A DNA stretch of 64,000 bases from Mytilus edulis (taxonomy: Eukaryota): contig NC_092345.1 of NCBI RefSeq assembly GCF_963676685.1, positions 52,514,001 through 52,578,000 of the forward strand. The letters are read 5' to 3'. A program made the position numbers and the translations under genes. Within the stretch, counting starts at the first letter, position 1. Every line of letters starts with the position of its first letter. The notes beneath the pieces were generated by a model, which saw only the letters and a program-made list of their open reading frames with translations, had not been told where the DNA came from and made no database searches. This document shows, one piece after another, positions 49,401-59,910 of this stretch.

Positions 49401-50276
49401 GATGATGATGGGATAGAGGGTAGCATAACTGGTATAAATCCCGATAAATTCCGGGAACATAACAATAATATGAAGCTTAGTGCAAGTTTTATTGGCACTT
49501 CCACCCCTGCAACGCCCAGTGGTGTCGATGCAGATTTTTCAGATCCTAATTCCGTACCAGAAAATGGTAACTCGAAAGAAAAACCAAAGCTAACTTCTGG
49601 ATTCTCGGCAAATATGCAAGGAACAACTTCGAATGAAACGCCAAGAACAGCTGCGGATTTGAACGGTCATATCCCAAATGGGCATTTATCAGGAGAAATG
49701 GCGAAACAACCAGTTAACAAAGGGAATGAGCAAAACGGACAAATTCCAAATGGAAATACACCAGGAGATAAGACAAATCAAGCCGTCAATGCTGGACAGC
49801 CAACAGCAGTGACGAATGCAGTCGTGCATAATAGTACAAGTGGAATCCGGAGAGAAAAATCTATCATGAAGCCTGCGACTAAAGACGGTGAAGCGTTGAA
49901 TGACAAGCCTGTTTTTAATGTACCTACGGAGAAAAAGACGACAATTGCTACAATTAACCCATACACAGAGGAAAAGCCCACAATTCCTCAACCAACAGAG
50001 GACGATAAGCGGGAAGATAAATTAAGAAAATCTGTATCTTTTGCGCCTGATAAACCCGCCATAACTTCAAATTCGTCCTCAAATTCAAACAATGCTCCAC
50101 CTGGCATTTTAAACATATCAAAGGAAAAAACAAGTTTACCTGGTGCCATTCAAGACGTTCCTGATACCCTTATTACGCTTCCACGTGAACGGTCTAACCT
50201 TCTTGGTCCTAGGGATACAACATTACCGGAAATAGACTTAAAGAAAAACACAGCACCAGATATGTCAAACTTTTAA
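34251..50276 (+). CDS. Uncharacterised single-pass type I membrane protein: signal peptide, Cys-containing two-module ectodomain, TM helix and long disordered cytoplasmic tail (10 exons, about 694 aa)
   Basis: Exons 34251-34314, 35437-35611, 38024-38139, 38609-38728, 39217-39396, 42128-42243, 43082-43235, 45804-45812, 47530-47685 and 49282-50276 are all GT-AG and phase-compatible (total 2085 nt). Signal peptide MGIYFYILIYVGCLSILPNRIDG. Modules begin CTFPSYMTGTW and CATPFLGNFKFTF. The TM segment GVIIAIVVILLLLIIAVVAGILFY is followed by basic KFYYKPK. Confidence 0.85.
37600..37802. mobile_element. Long-hairpin element (third family)
   Basis: Palindrome GTTATTGGCCAA...TCGGTATATAGAATTTAATCTGCAC...AACCCGAAC-loop-GTTCGGGTT...GTGCAGATTAAATTCTATATACCGA...TTGGTCAATAAC at 37650-37798. 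The right half recurs at 15416-15501. Confidence 0.65.
40140..40560. mobile_element. Long-hairpin element (fourth family) with a TGACGTCA-rich tail
   Basis: Palindrome ATATGGCTTTTTCAATATC...GATATTGAAAAAGCCATAT at about 40424-40546, preceded by four TGTATGACGTCA motifs at about 40240-40370. Confidence 0.55.
41060..41672. repeat. Cluster of dispersed GTCCACTACGAAACG motifs, likely subterminal repeats of a decayed DNA transposon
   Basis: The motif or close variants occur at about 41063, 41255, 41414, 41429, 41596, 41615, 41635 and 41659, with one inverted copy at about 41459. Confidence 0.6.
43042..43080. repeat. (TA)n microsatellite directly abutting the exon 7 splice acceptor
   Basis: About 19 TA units end in the acceptor AG at 43080-43081. 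A second (TA)n lies at about 43408-43440. Confidence 0.95.
43890..44740 (+). mobile_element. Degenerate Penelope-like retroelement RT fragment (second family)
   Basis: MLDFLIDNIFVEFGGLVFQQTIGIQMGTNCAPLLADLF...FRYIDHVLSLNN (YIDD-type motif mutated) and TKIYDKRADFNFPIVNFPFLCNNIPAAPAYEIYVSQLIRYSRAS, broken by stops and frameshifts. Confidence 0.85.
46990..47260 (-). mobile_element. Highly decayed Penelope-like RT C-terminal fragment
   Basis: An alternative minus frame reads AALSNGVHISIRASIFYRDFHEKYLLLTRLL*SRGF, resembling the PAYGVYISQL...DF.ER..LLTQKLL.QGY segment of the 43890 element. Confidence 0.45.
48110..49155 (+). mobile_element. HINE/Helentron-like element with about 276-bp internal tandem units
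   Basis: Units anchored on GACCTTTGACTTTGACCTCAATTTC at about 48140, 48418 and 48692, followed by an AAG-rich tract and the 3' hairpin AGGTCTTTCCAC-GAAAA-GTGGAAAGACCT at 49125-49153. Confidence 0.7.
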
Positions 50277-50399
50277 AAGTGTATAAATGATCATGAGGAT
50301 ACAATACATTTACATTTAATTTATGTTTGTATGATTATAACCATGTCTCTTGTCATTTGACGTATAAATCAGCTTGGATTTTAAATATTTTGGCCGCGA

Positions 50400-50443
50400 G
50401 CATCACTGAAGAGACATGTATTGTCGAAATGCGCATCTGATGC
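50400..50443 (+). ncRNA. Minimal type I hammerhead ribozyme (Penelope-associated type)
   Basis: GCATCA (stem I) - CTGAAGA (CUGANGA core) - GACA tgtat TGTC (stem II) - GAAA - TGCGCA (palindromic stem III) - TC (AUC cleavage triplet) - TGATGC (stem I'). All core nucleotides are intact. Confidence 0.85.
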
Positions 50444-52729
50444 AGGAAAATTGGTACCGTTAATGGTATTATACAATATTTATAATTTCCAGACTTTTTT
50501 AATTATTCAAATTTGTCAAGTAGAAAACTTTTTTTTTGTAATATAAGGTAAAAAATATTGTTAAGGCATCAAGTCTTAGTTGTGAATTTTTTTTTTAACA
50601 AAAAGTGAACTTCTGATACCAACCTACTCTTTCTTGTTACGAAAAGATGAAATTAAATTCAAAAACGTCCTAGTTTTGGTAAAAACAAATAAAACGGAAA
50701 GCAATACTGTGTCAATAAATCTCATATTCAAGCTTTTTGAATACACTGCTTTAAAAAAGTGTAACTATGCCTTTTAACAACCAAGTACAGCATACTTGCC
50801 AATTGAGTTTGAAACGATCAACAACATGCGAAGATCAATGGCAGAAGATAAAACAATATCACTTCAATTATTTAGATATATTAAATTTTAATGGCAAGAC
50901 ATATGATTCCTTTCGATTTTATTCAAACATGTTGCTGTATAAGTTTATTTTTATATGTACCAATGATTAAAATGCGAAAAGATAAAAGGATTCGTGAATC
51001 TTAAAATCACAATTATGTGTTTTGCAATAGTTCACGATTTCCGACAATAAGACGGAAACACTTCATTCTGAACCCTCTCATAGACCGGATAAGCATACAC
51101 ATACATCAAGAGTGGTTCGAAAGGAACTGTGGCCAACAAAACCTTAAAATAAAAACGTATCATTCTAATCAATAATTTTTATATTCACAGACTTGAACAA
51201 GAAAAGGGAATTGTTAATAATAGTATGCATACTGTATTTTGAAACTTGTTAAATCTTACTAAATACTGCAGAGCATATTATTTATGTGTATAATTTTCTA
51301 ATGTAATTTTTAAAAAACTATGTTCGTGGTTTTGAATTTTCTAAAAAATATATTCGATATAAATTAATCATGACTTATTTTTTCAATCTATGAGTGTGAC
51401 TGTCCTTCTGGTATCTTTCGTCCCTCTTTTATAAATTTCTTTAAAGTATTATGGTGTGTTATGCTTTCTATGTCTCTAAAATACTGAACATGTAATGCAT
51501 ATAAGTCAAACTGTGTACCTTTTTACCGAGGATAACCTAGAGTCAACATGCTACAGGAACTCTCAAATGAATATTGCGACATGATAACTCGAACATAAAA
51601 TTTATTTTATTACAAAATAGAACATACAAAAACAGATTAGTTTGAAAGAAGATATTTGTCTCACATGATAATTATGAACGTAAACTGGAATATAAAAAAA
51701 TGAAATGAAAAAAGACAACAACAAAAGAATAAATGCGTTTGAAAAGGTGAATAAAAAGTGGTCTTACAACAAAAAGTAAATTAACAAAACCACCAAACTC
51801 CAAGGTAAATTTAAAACGGTAAGTCCTCAATGAAATTGCAAAATCAAAAATTCAAACACATCAAATAAATGGAAAAGTACTGTCAGATTCATAACTTGGT
51901 GAAAGCATTTTCTAATGTAGAAAACACCAATTACAAAATTCATATTGAAAAGTTTGAACTTTTACAGTTATGCAGCTGAGAAATTAAAAAAAAAACTTTT
52001 CTAAATGTCGCTTTTTGAAAGATTTTCTTTGTAATGTATTGTAATATTCATCATCGATAAACCGAGTTATCAGACTTTGACTACATAAACGATATGATAC
52101 ATTTTGCAGGGCCATATTATACTGTGTCAGTATTAAAAAAATATAAAAAGAAAAATTTAGAAAACGTTGATACCATCTCTGTTATATATATTTTGCTAAT
52201 TTCTGATATGAATTTGCCCAGTATTATATATTATTGTGTGAATAAAAGTTCTATAAAATAGTTTTCTTAAAATTAAATTGACCAAACACTACAATTTGCT
52301 TTCATTATTTGTAACATGCAAAACTTGATTTATTTTTCTGTTCATAGGCAAAAAGTAAAATAACAAAAAACACGAATTCTGAGCAATATTCTAAACGGAA
52401 AGTACCTAAGCAAATGTAAAATCACAAGCTCAAACGCATCAAACAAATGAATAACAGATGTCATATTCCTGACTTGGTACAGACATTTTCTTATGTAAAA
52501 ATGGGGGATTAAACCTGGTTTTAAATCTAGCTAAACCTCTCACGTGTATAACAGACGCCTAAAATTCCATTATATTCACAATGATGTGTGAAAAAAACAA
52601 ACAGACATAGTAGGTAAAAATGTCAAAAATAGGGGTACAGCAGTCAACATTGAGTTATAACTCTTCTCTTTACGTTATATCTTTCAAATTTATTAACACA
52701 AGTCTATTCACCTGGAATCATCATATGTT

Positions 52730-55700
52730 TCAACCACTTATCATTTTAATATTGTTTCTTGGAATCTTGTCAAATAATAAAAATCCTGCTGCCCTTTCGA
52801 TCGATTCTAGAGGTACTAGGTATTTCTTCAATTTAACATCTTTTGGTAGCGGTTGATTCGGCAATACAAAAGGCATAAGTTCATACTGTCCTTGGTTATT
52901 TTCTATCAACATAACCTTGAAGAAATGTGTTGGAACGGCTACGTTATTTTTACCAATTACTTCATACTTTACATACACTTTGCCATCGTTTTCACGTCTG
53001 CAAAAATAAAATAACATACATGTATTTAAGTGATCTACTTCATCTGAATAACTATCCAATTCCATGTAAACATACTACCAAACGACATAATTGTAACCCA
53101 TGAAGCGACACCGTCAGATGTCTTTTGTTTTGGGGGTGTTTTTTTCGGTGGCAGAGTTGTTTATGTAGTTAACGTACTAGCCTGTCAACACTAAGGTTGT
53201 GAGTTCGAATCCGGCAAGTGGCAGGATAGTTCGACTCCAATCTTAGTTGACTTGGATTGTCAGTTTTCCTATCGAAAGTCTGTGGTTCTTTCTGAGAACT
53301 CTAGCTTCCTTCATCATAAAGACTGACCCCCATGAAATAGCACAATAATGCTGAATGTGGCGTAAACATCAATCTGGGGTTTTTATGTTGCTGGGTTGCT
53401 GTCTCTTGTTTGTACTAAATGTCTTTTTTTTTGTTATTTCAATAAGCTTTCAGAAAAAAATATATAGTGTATGGTTATGTTTATGTTCTGCTCTATTGAC
53501 TTTGTGAATTTAACAAATGAAGATCTCAGACGGAAAAGTAGCAGATATCTACTGGGTTTTTTTTTTAAGTCTATCTTTGTCAACTTCGTGAAAAAAGAAA
53601 CATTTTGAGCAGATTTCAAAAGTTTACACCAAAATTCCTCTCCATTATGCTCAATTCGTGCGAATGAAGATCTCAGTGACAGAAAAGCACCAAGTTCTCT
53701 ACTGGTTTTTACTTGGTTTAATAGTTTTATCATCTTCGTAAACACATTCAAAAAATTGAGTAGTCAAACCAAAGATGAAACAAATTTATAACAAAAACTC
53801 CACTCTGTACATATATGGTAAATGTCATTATTATGTACTATGAAAAACTAAACCAAAATCATTTGAACGAAGAAACACATGTTTTTCCACATATCACCGA
53901 AATCAAAGACAAAAAGATACCCATCCTTTTATTTTTTATTTATTTATGCATCATTTAAAAAATTGTAAATTCAATACATTTTTCACTTTACCAGTTTTAT
54001 GTAGGCATACATGTACGAAAACACATGTGCTTCAAAGAAACGAGAAAAACACATTTCATTATTGTAATTCAAACGAAACAATTATGTTGCAAAAACGGGT
54101 CTATTGACTATTGTTCTGATTTTTTTTTATAGTTTACGGAAAATGTATGAGTTTTCAGTATAGATATGATGGTGTTCATATGTACTCAATATTCCTTACA
54201 GACTGCTTGTAGAGGCGGATTTAGGGGGAGCAGGGGGCATCGGCCCCTTTCTTCTGGGAGAAAATGGTTGATTATAAAGGGAATCATTGAAGCATCACTG
54301 GAGCGGGCCCCCTCTAAGCAGTCAGTGGGTCCCCACTTAAAAAAATCTGGATCCGCCACTGGCTTGCTGCTTCTTTTTGTGCATGATAATTTAACTTCTA
54401 CAGCTATCTATAATAGACATTCTTGGAAAATTACAACGGCAATGATCGACCACTTGCCATCTAAATTTTATAACTGGACACATATAAAGAGTTGACAAAA
54501 GGCAACCGAAACTCTTTTCATACAATTTCTAAAAGGTTAAAAGATATAGCATAGACAAAGGAAGGATTAAATTACCAATACTTGTTTTCTTTCTTCCTAT
54601 ATCCATTTAGTATTTCGAAAACATGAATTTAACTAATATAAAACTCTTCATTAATAGAAATTCAAAAATAAAGTATTGCATGTTACCTTGGGAGATAGAG
54701 AGGCCCTGTACAACAGTACACATTTCTGCTTTGTCTGGCTTTCGCCCGGACATACTTTTCCAAATCATTCCAGGCATCTCTATTGAACCCCTCTCCGACC
54801 TATTCGAAAAAAGTTGACAAAATTAATGAAAATAAATTAGAATGAAAATTCATGTCCAACAACATGCTAGACGTATTTGACAAAGCAAATAGACATTTGC
54901 AACTCATATTTACTAAAAAAAAATTGTATGATTTTAGCATTTAGTACTTTAATACCTGTAGCTACGTTTCAGTGTATGACCTGGCTTCAACTGAAAATAC
55001 CTATTTCTATATTGATGATATTACACACTTTGTATATATGGATAAAAAATGGTGTGCGGGGTAAACATTCATGAGAAGGCAACAGTCGATTTACACTATA
55101 CCGTCATGCATATATAGTTCCTTAACTTTAATTTTATAACTCTGGCAAAAGTTAGTCAGATATGAATTATATTAAAACTATACTGTAAACCTGGAATAAT
55201 TTATTTTCAGTTGCATTTCGAGAGCAAATAGCGTGTCCTTGTAGTTTTATAGCCATTGGCCATACCTATCACCCATCAGTTTTCATTTGCCAAAAATTAT
55301 CAAAAACTTTATCAAAATATCTTGAAATTATAGCTTTTTGTTTAATTCTTATATATAGATTAGATGTTAGCTTACATTTGTGTGTACTTGTATATCTTGT
55401 AAATTAACAGCTTCCAATCTGTATTTATTGGGTAGTACAGGCAATAATATTAGAGTGTAGGACCGCATGATTGTATATTAGCAGGATGAATATTTTAGTT
55501 ACTGTTAGGATCATTTTTAATTATTAAAGATAATTAATCTTTTCATTAAAATTTGGATGAAATGCAAAATTATTGTAAGTAAAACAAACACGAAATATTA
55601 TTGTCATATTTAAATGTTTTAGTTTCATAATATAAATGATATAGCTTATGTTGGAGATGATAGGTCGTTTAGGCTGGTTTTTTTTTTTTTTTTTTTTTTT

Positions 55701-56865
55701 TTCTTGATAAACAAAATGTTTTAGAACAAAGCGAATTTACAAAATATCTGTTTACATGGTTTAATTCCATTAAAAATTTGGGGGAAATATATACAATATT
55801 GGGTTTTCTAATAAAATCCTCCCTGTATATCATTGAAAAATAAGTTGACATATATGTTATAATTCGGTTAAGTTTCACCTCTAATATCTTATCTATTTGT
55901 CAGTGTTCTTTTCATGTATTTATATCTTTTTATTCTTCATTCTTCAAGTCAGATTTTTTTTTAATAAAGATTGTTTTATCTTTTCGGCAAAAATCCCTGT
56001 TAACTTTAAATATACAGACTTGTAAAACATAGTTATACATGTAATATATGCAGAAATGTACGTGTATGCTTTTATCTAAAATACATCAAGCTATGATAAA
56101 TTTAGAAAGAATTTTGCTTGATGACCTCTATACATTTTGAACATGCATGTAATTACATGGAAGATACTTTTTTAGTCTACCGAAATAGCTTGTCAAGATT
56201 ATTTCTTTTATTGTATATTACAACAGAACCCTGTAGGGACTTCCAAAAACCTGCATATATGTGTACGCAAAATACTAAAGAACCAAAACTAATAAAACTA
56301 CCTGAGGTGATACATTGCTGAGAGTAAAAGTCTGGTCCATAGCTTTCTGTGTGTGGCGATGGTTAGCTGCCGCTGCAAGATGTCCTTTGTCATAGCCACT
56401 GTTTTTGAAGTCATTTTTTGTAGCCCGGAAGAAATTGTGGATGATGTTGTCTTCCAGAAATTCTGATTTACCTCTCTTGATGTTTTCATTCTTCATAACA
56501 TGCTCTGGTTTAATGTGTTCAAATACCCATTGGGCATTCCTATTTCTTCTGTCATAGGACAGTACAAAATTGTCAAATGATCGAACTTGATCCAGACTAG
56601 GAAAGCCAAACTTCATGATTTCTGAAACGCGATTTACTGGTTGTGGAAAAGCTGCAGGCATACTTGTACTTGTAGTGGCAGGAATAGACGACGAGGCAAA
56701 AACTGACGGAACGAATAATGCTTTGGTGTCAGTCAAGGGTAACAAATGAGTTAGAGGGTCTTTATTTTCCTTCTTCAGTTTTTCATATTTGGTACCAAAG
56801 AATAAACCAATTCCCATAGATGCTCCACAAAGGCTGGCAGTTGTGATAAAACGAACTCTTGACAT
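52730..56865 (-). CDS. ENDOG: Endonuclease G, mitochondrial (3 exons, about 314 aa)
   Basis: Exons 56865..56302, 54799..54687 and 52997..52730 are GT-AG and in frame. Motifs are IMKFGFP, FVLSYDRRNRNAQWVFEH, SGYDKGHLAAAANH, TFTLSNVSPQ|VGEGFNRDAWNDLEKYVR, CTGPLYLP, YVKYEVIGKNNVAVPTHFFKV and VPLESIERAAGFLLF. Confidence 0.95.
53147..53373 (+). mobile_element. tRNA-derived SINE (Meta/MESC-like 3' part) in EndoG intron 2
   Basis: A-box-like GGTGGCAGAGTTG, B-box GAGTTCGAATCC at 53201-53212, and a 3' region CATGAAATAGCACAATAATGCTGAATGTGGCGTAAACATCAATC. Confidence 0.6.
54210..54361. mobile_element. Short hAT-type MITE with 5-bp TSD
   Basis: Termini TAGAGGCGGAT...ATCCGCCACTG, with TSD GCTTG at 54205-54209 and 54362-54366. 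Confidence 0.7.
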
Positions 56866-57300
56866 GTTCGTGAATAATCCAATGTCAACACTGACAACGT
56901 GCTAGATAATGAACCGGATGTTCAATAAAATCCAAAGTAAATAATGATGATTAACATACGGAATATTTATTTCATTAGTTAAATCTGTTTGTACATTTAT
57001 CTTTAATGGACGTTCTTAATTCTTTCTTATTTAACAGTTTTTGCATGGATTTTTTTTCTCGTAATTTTTTTTTATATAAAGAGGACTTCAGCTTAACAAA
57101 GCTTTTAAAAAGTATATTTAGACCTATTAAACTGTGGAAGTAAAAAAAGAACATGACAAAAAACAACAAAATCCAACTTGCAATTACAAGCTAACGGTCA
57201 GTCTTTTTTTAAGATGTTTGGTTTCGGTTGCGTGAATTGTTTATTCATCGGTAGTTGTTTATTATATTTAGCATAAATTTTGCAAGATTGATTAGCATTA

Positions 57301-58043
57301 TCTATAATACTAAAATTACGAGGTCCAATTTGTCAGCCGTCATCACGTAAAAACGATGAATCAAAGAATTCAACTTTATATACAACTAATATAGTACAAA
57401 GGTGTAGATTAAAAATTACACCACTCCAGTCCCTTTTGTTTTCCACGTAATTAATATTGCCAATAATTAGGAAGTTCCGGGTCGAGTCCAATACCGATAC
57501 CAATAGTATAATCACCTGTTACCTATTACCTTATCTGTACGTTCCGCATCTGACAGGCGCACCACCAAACGGTGTATTGAGGATTAATATGCTAAATACA
57601 CGGGTCATAATCACAGGGTTGACACTACTAAATTGTCAAATTGTTACCTATTGTAGTATTTTAATCCGTAAGACTTTCTAAGATAACAATACGAATACTA
57701 AAAATCTGGACTAAAAATATTAAAGTTTCAATTTGTTAGCGGGCATGACGTAAAACAGCGAATCAAAGAATTCAACTTTATTTATAACTAATATAGGACA
57801 ATGCTGTTGATTAAAAAATACTCCATTCCAGGACCTTTTGTTTTCCAAATAATTAATATTACCAATAATTGATAAGTTCCAGTTCGACGGGTTCAAACAG
57901 AAAGATTTGAAAGCAGAGAAAATTGTGTATCTTATAATCGGCATGACTTTATCAGATGACAGTACTAATACTAAAATAAGGCTTGCGCATAGTTATATAC
58001 TTTAATTCAGTCACGGACCCGCGATATCACGGGTGTGTTCTAG
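57301..58043 (+). mobile_element. Non-autonomous Helitron
   Basis: 5' TC(TATAATACTAAAAT), 3' hairpin ACCCGCGATATCACGGGT followed by CTAG, inserted between A (57300) and T (58044) with no TSD. An internal direct duplication spans about 57310-57490 and 57695-57890. Confidence 0.85.
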
Positions 58044-59910
58044 TATATAAAAAAAATACTTTTGACGGTTGCTTGCTTAATGTCTAGTGGCAAGTATTTC
58101 ATGCATATTTACAGCGAACAAATTAAAAGTACTGAAGTGCTGAACATCGTATGACTGCAAGTTCTTGTGGATGGTCACGTACTTTTTCAAGAAAAAAAAT
58201 CACATCTCTATGCCTGAAAGTCACATTACGTCCAGTGGCAAACAAAACATATGCGTTATCAGGACAACCATACATTAACAATTAATACTATAAATAAGTT
58301 CTATAATAAGAGGCGAAAAAAATCCGGAACTTTGGAATTGTACTTTTATTTTTTCCTGAACTGTGGAATTGTACCTTTATTATTTCGGGAATTTGGGATT
58401 GTGCCTTATTTTGTACGGTTATTAGGAATTAACACTTATCAGGGCTAGAAATTCAAAAAAATATTCTTGGAAAGCGGGCAAAGACTTTTTTTTTCATTTT
58501 TTCGGGACTTCAGTATGGCATTGTTCATTCCCTTTACATAATAGAGCCCGTTTGAAATTAAAATCTGATGAAATCCAACTGCCACAAGATGATAAGAGAA
58601 CATGTACAGGGACAAGTGTGTTGCCTTTCAGCATTCCACCGACGGCGCACTGAAAGAGTTGTTACAAGGATTTTAATGTGCCGAGGAGGTATTTGATTTT
58701 ATATCCACATTATAACATACATAACACTGCTGCGTACTTTTACATCCCGCACAGCCGAACGGAGCCCCAACTTTGGAAAGGGTGATACTCTTATTCTTAT
58801 AAAGACCTAAAAGACTATATATTTCAATTTGCAATTAAATAGTAAAAGGAGTTTACGTCAATGAAAGAGCAATAGCCAAATAACGGGGGAAAATTTGACG
58901 TTTTTATAAAAATGAACCCGATTGGGTGTTTATAAAAATGACACGCTTTAGTTGCCTTCTACAACTTTACATATTTTGGAGTTTATGCAGTGACGTTATA
59001 TGGACACGTTTAGCGGAATCGGACACTGTGGGGGATGGACACATTTCTGGGTGCTTCACGGTTTGATAATTTCTCTCCATATATTCATTGTAATGTCGTT
59101 AATGAAACTATAAAACCGGACAAATATCGTTCTGGAGTTATAATGTACATTTCTTTATTTTGGAGAACAGGATGGAAAGTAAAGGGTACGACAGAGTAAA
59201 TGTGTGACCCCTGATGTTGGGTAATGCAAAAGTAATTCTATCAAATAACAGTCTTACGAATCTTATTTTGTTTTCTTTCATTTAATACAAAAATATATAA
59301 ACTTGGTCGGCTGAATCATGGCCATAAATGTTAAGAAATCTCTGGGATTTCTTTTTTCTGTTGGATTTTTTTATAGTAAACATTTTAACCCCGAAAACTG
59401 CAATAATAGTAGATTAAAATTTACGTGTTGTTTACTTTGACAACACATGCACCTGTCTCAGAATTTTTTTTCTTATATACCTTAATTTAACACAAGGTAC
59501 TTAACTTGCATTTTAGAAAAAATGTCAGGCGGTGACGAAATTCCGTTATATGCCCCTTTCTAGGCTGTCAACCATACTAAAACTTGTTATATCGTTAATC
59601 TAAATTGATTTATCTTTACAATGGTGTATAACACGCCTACATTTGTTGTCGGAATTATTCGTAGCAATCCTACCCAAGTATGTCAATCGTAATAATTTTG
59701 CCAACCGCTGAAAATTTGGAAAGAAACGTCTCGCAATATATTAAGGTATATGAGACGTTTTTTTTCTGAGACAAGTGTCTGTAAATTATAAAAATATGAG
59801 AACATAAAAACTTGAGAATAATTGCTATCTTATCTATTCACTTGCAGAACAAGGATTGTGAAAGAAGATACACGATCAATTTGTCTACGTTTCGTGCAGG
59901 CTGTACCAAA

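Noticed and set aside
53147-53215. tRNA gene
   Set aside because: A and B boxes are present but there is no proper cloverleaf or acceptor stem, and the sequence continues into a SINE body.
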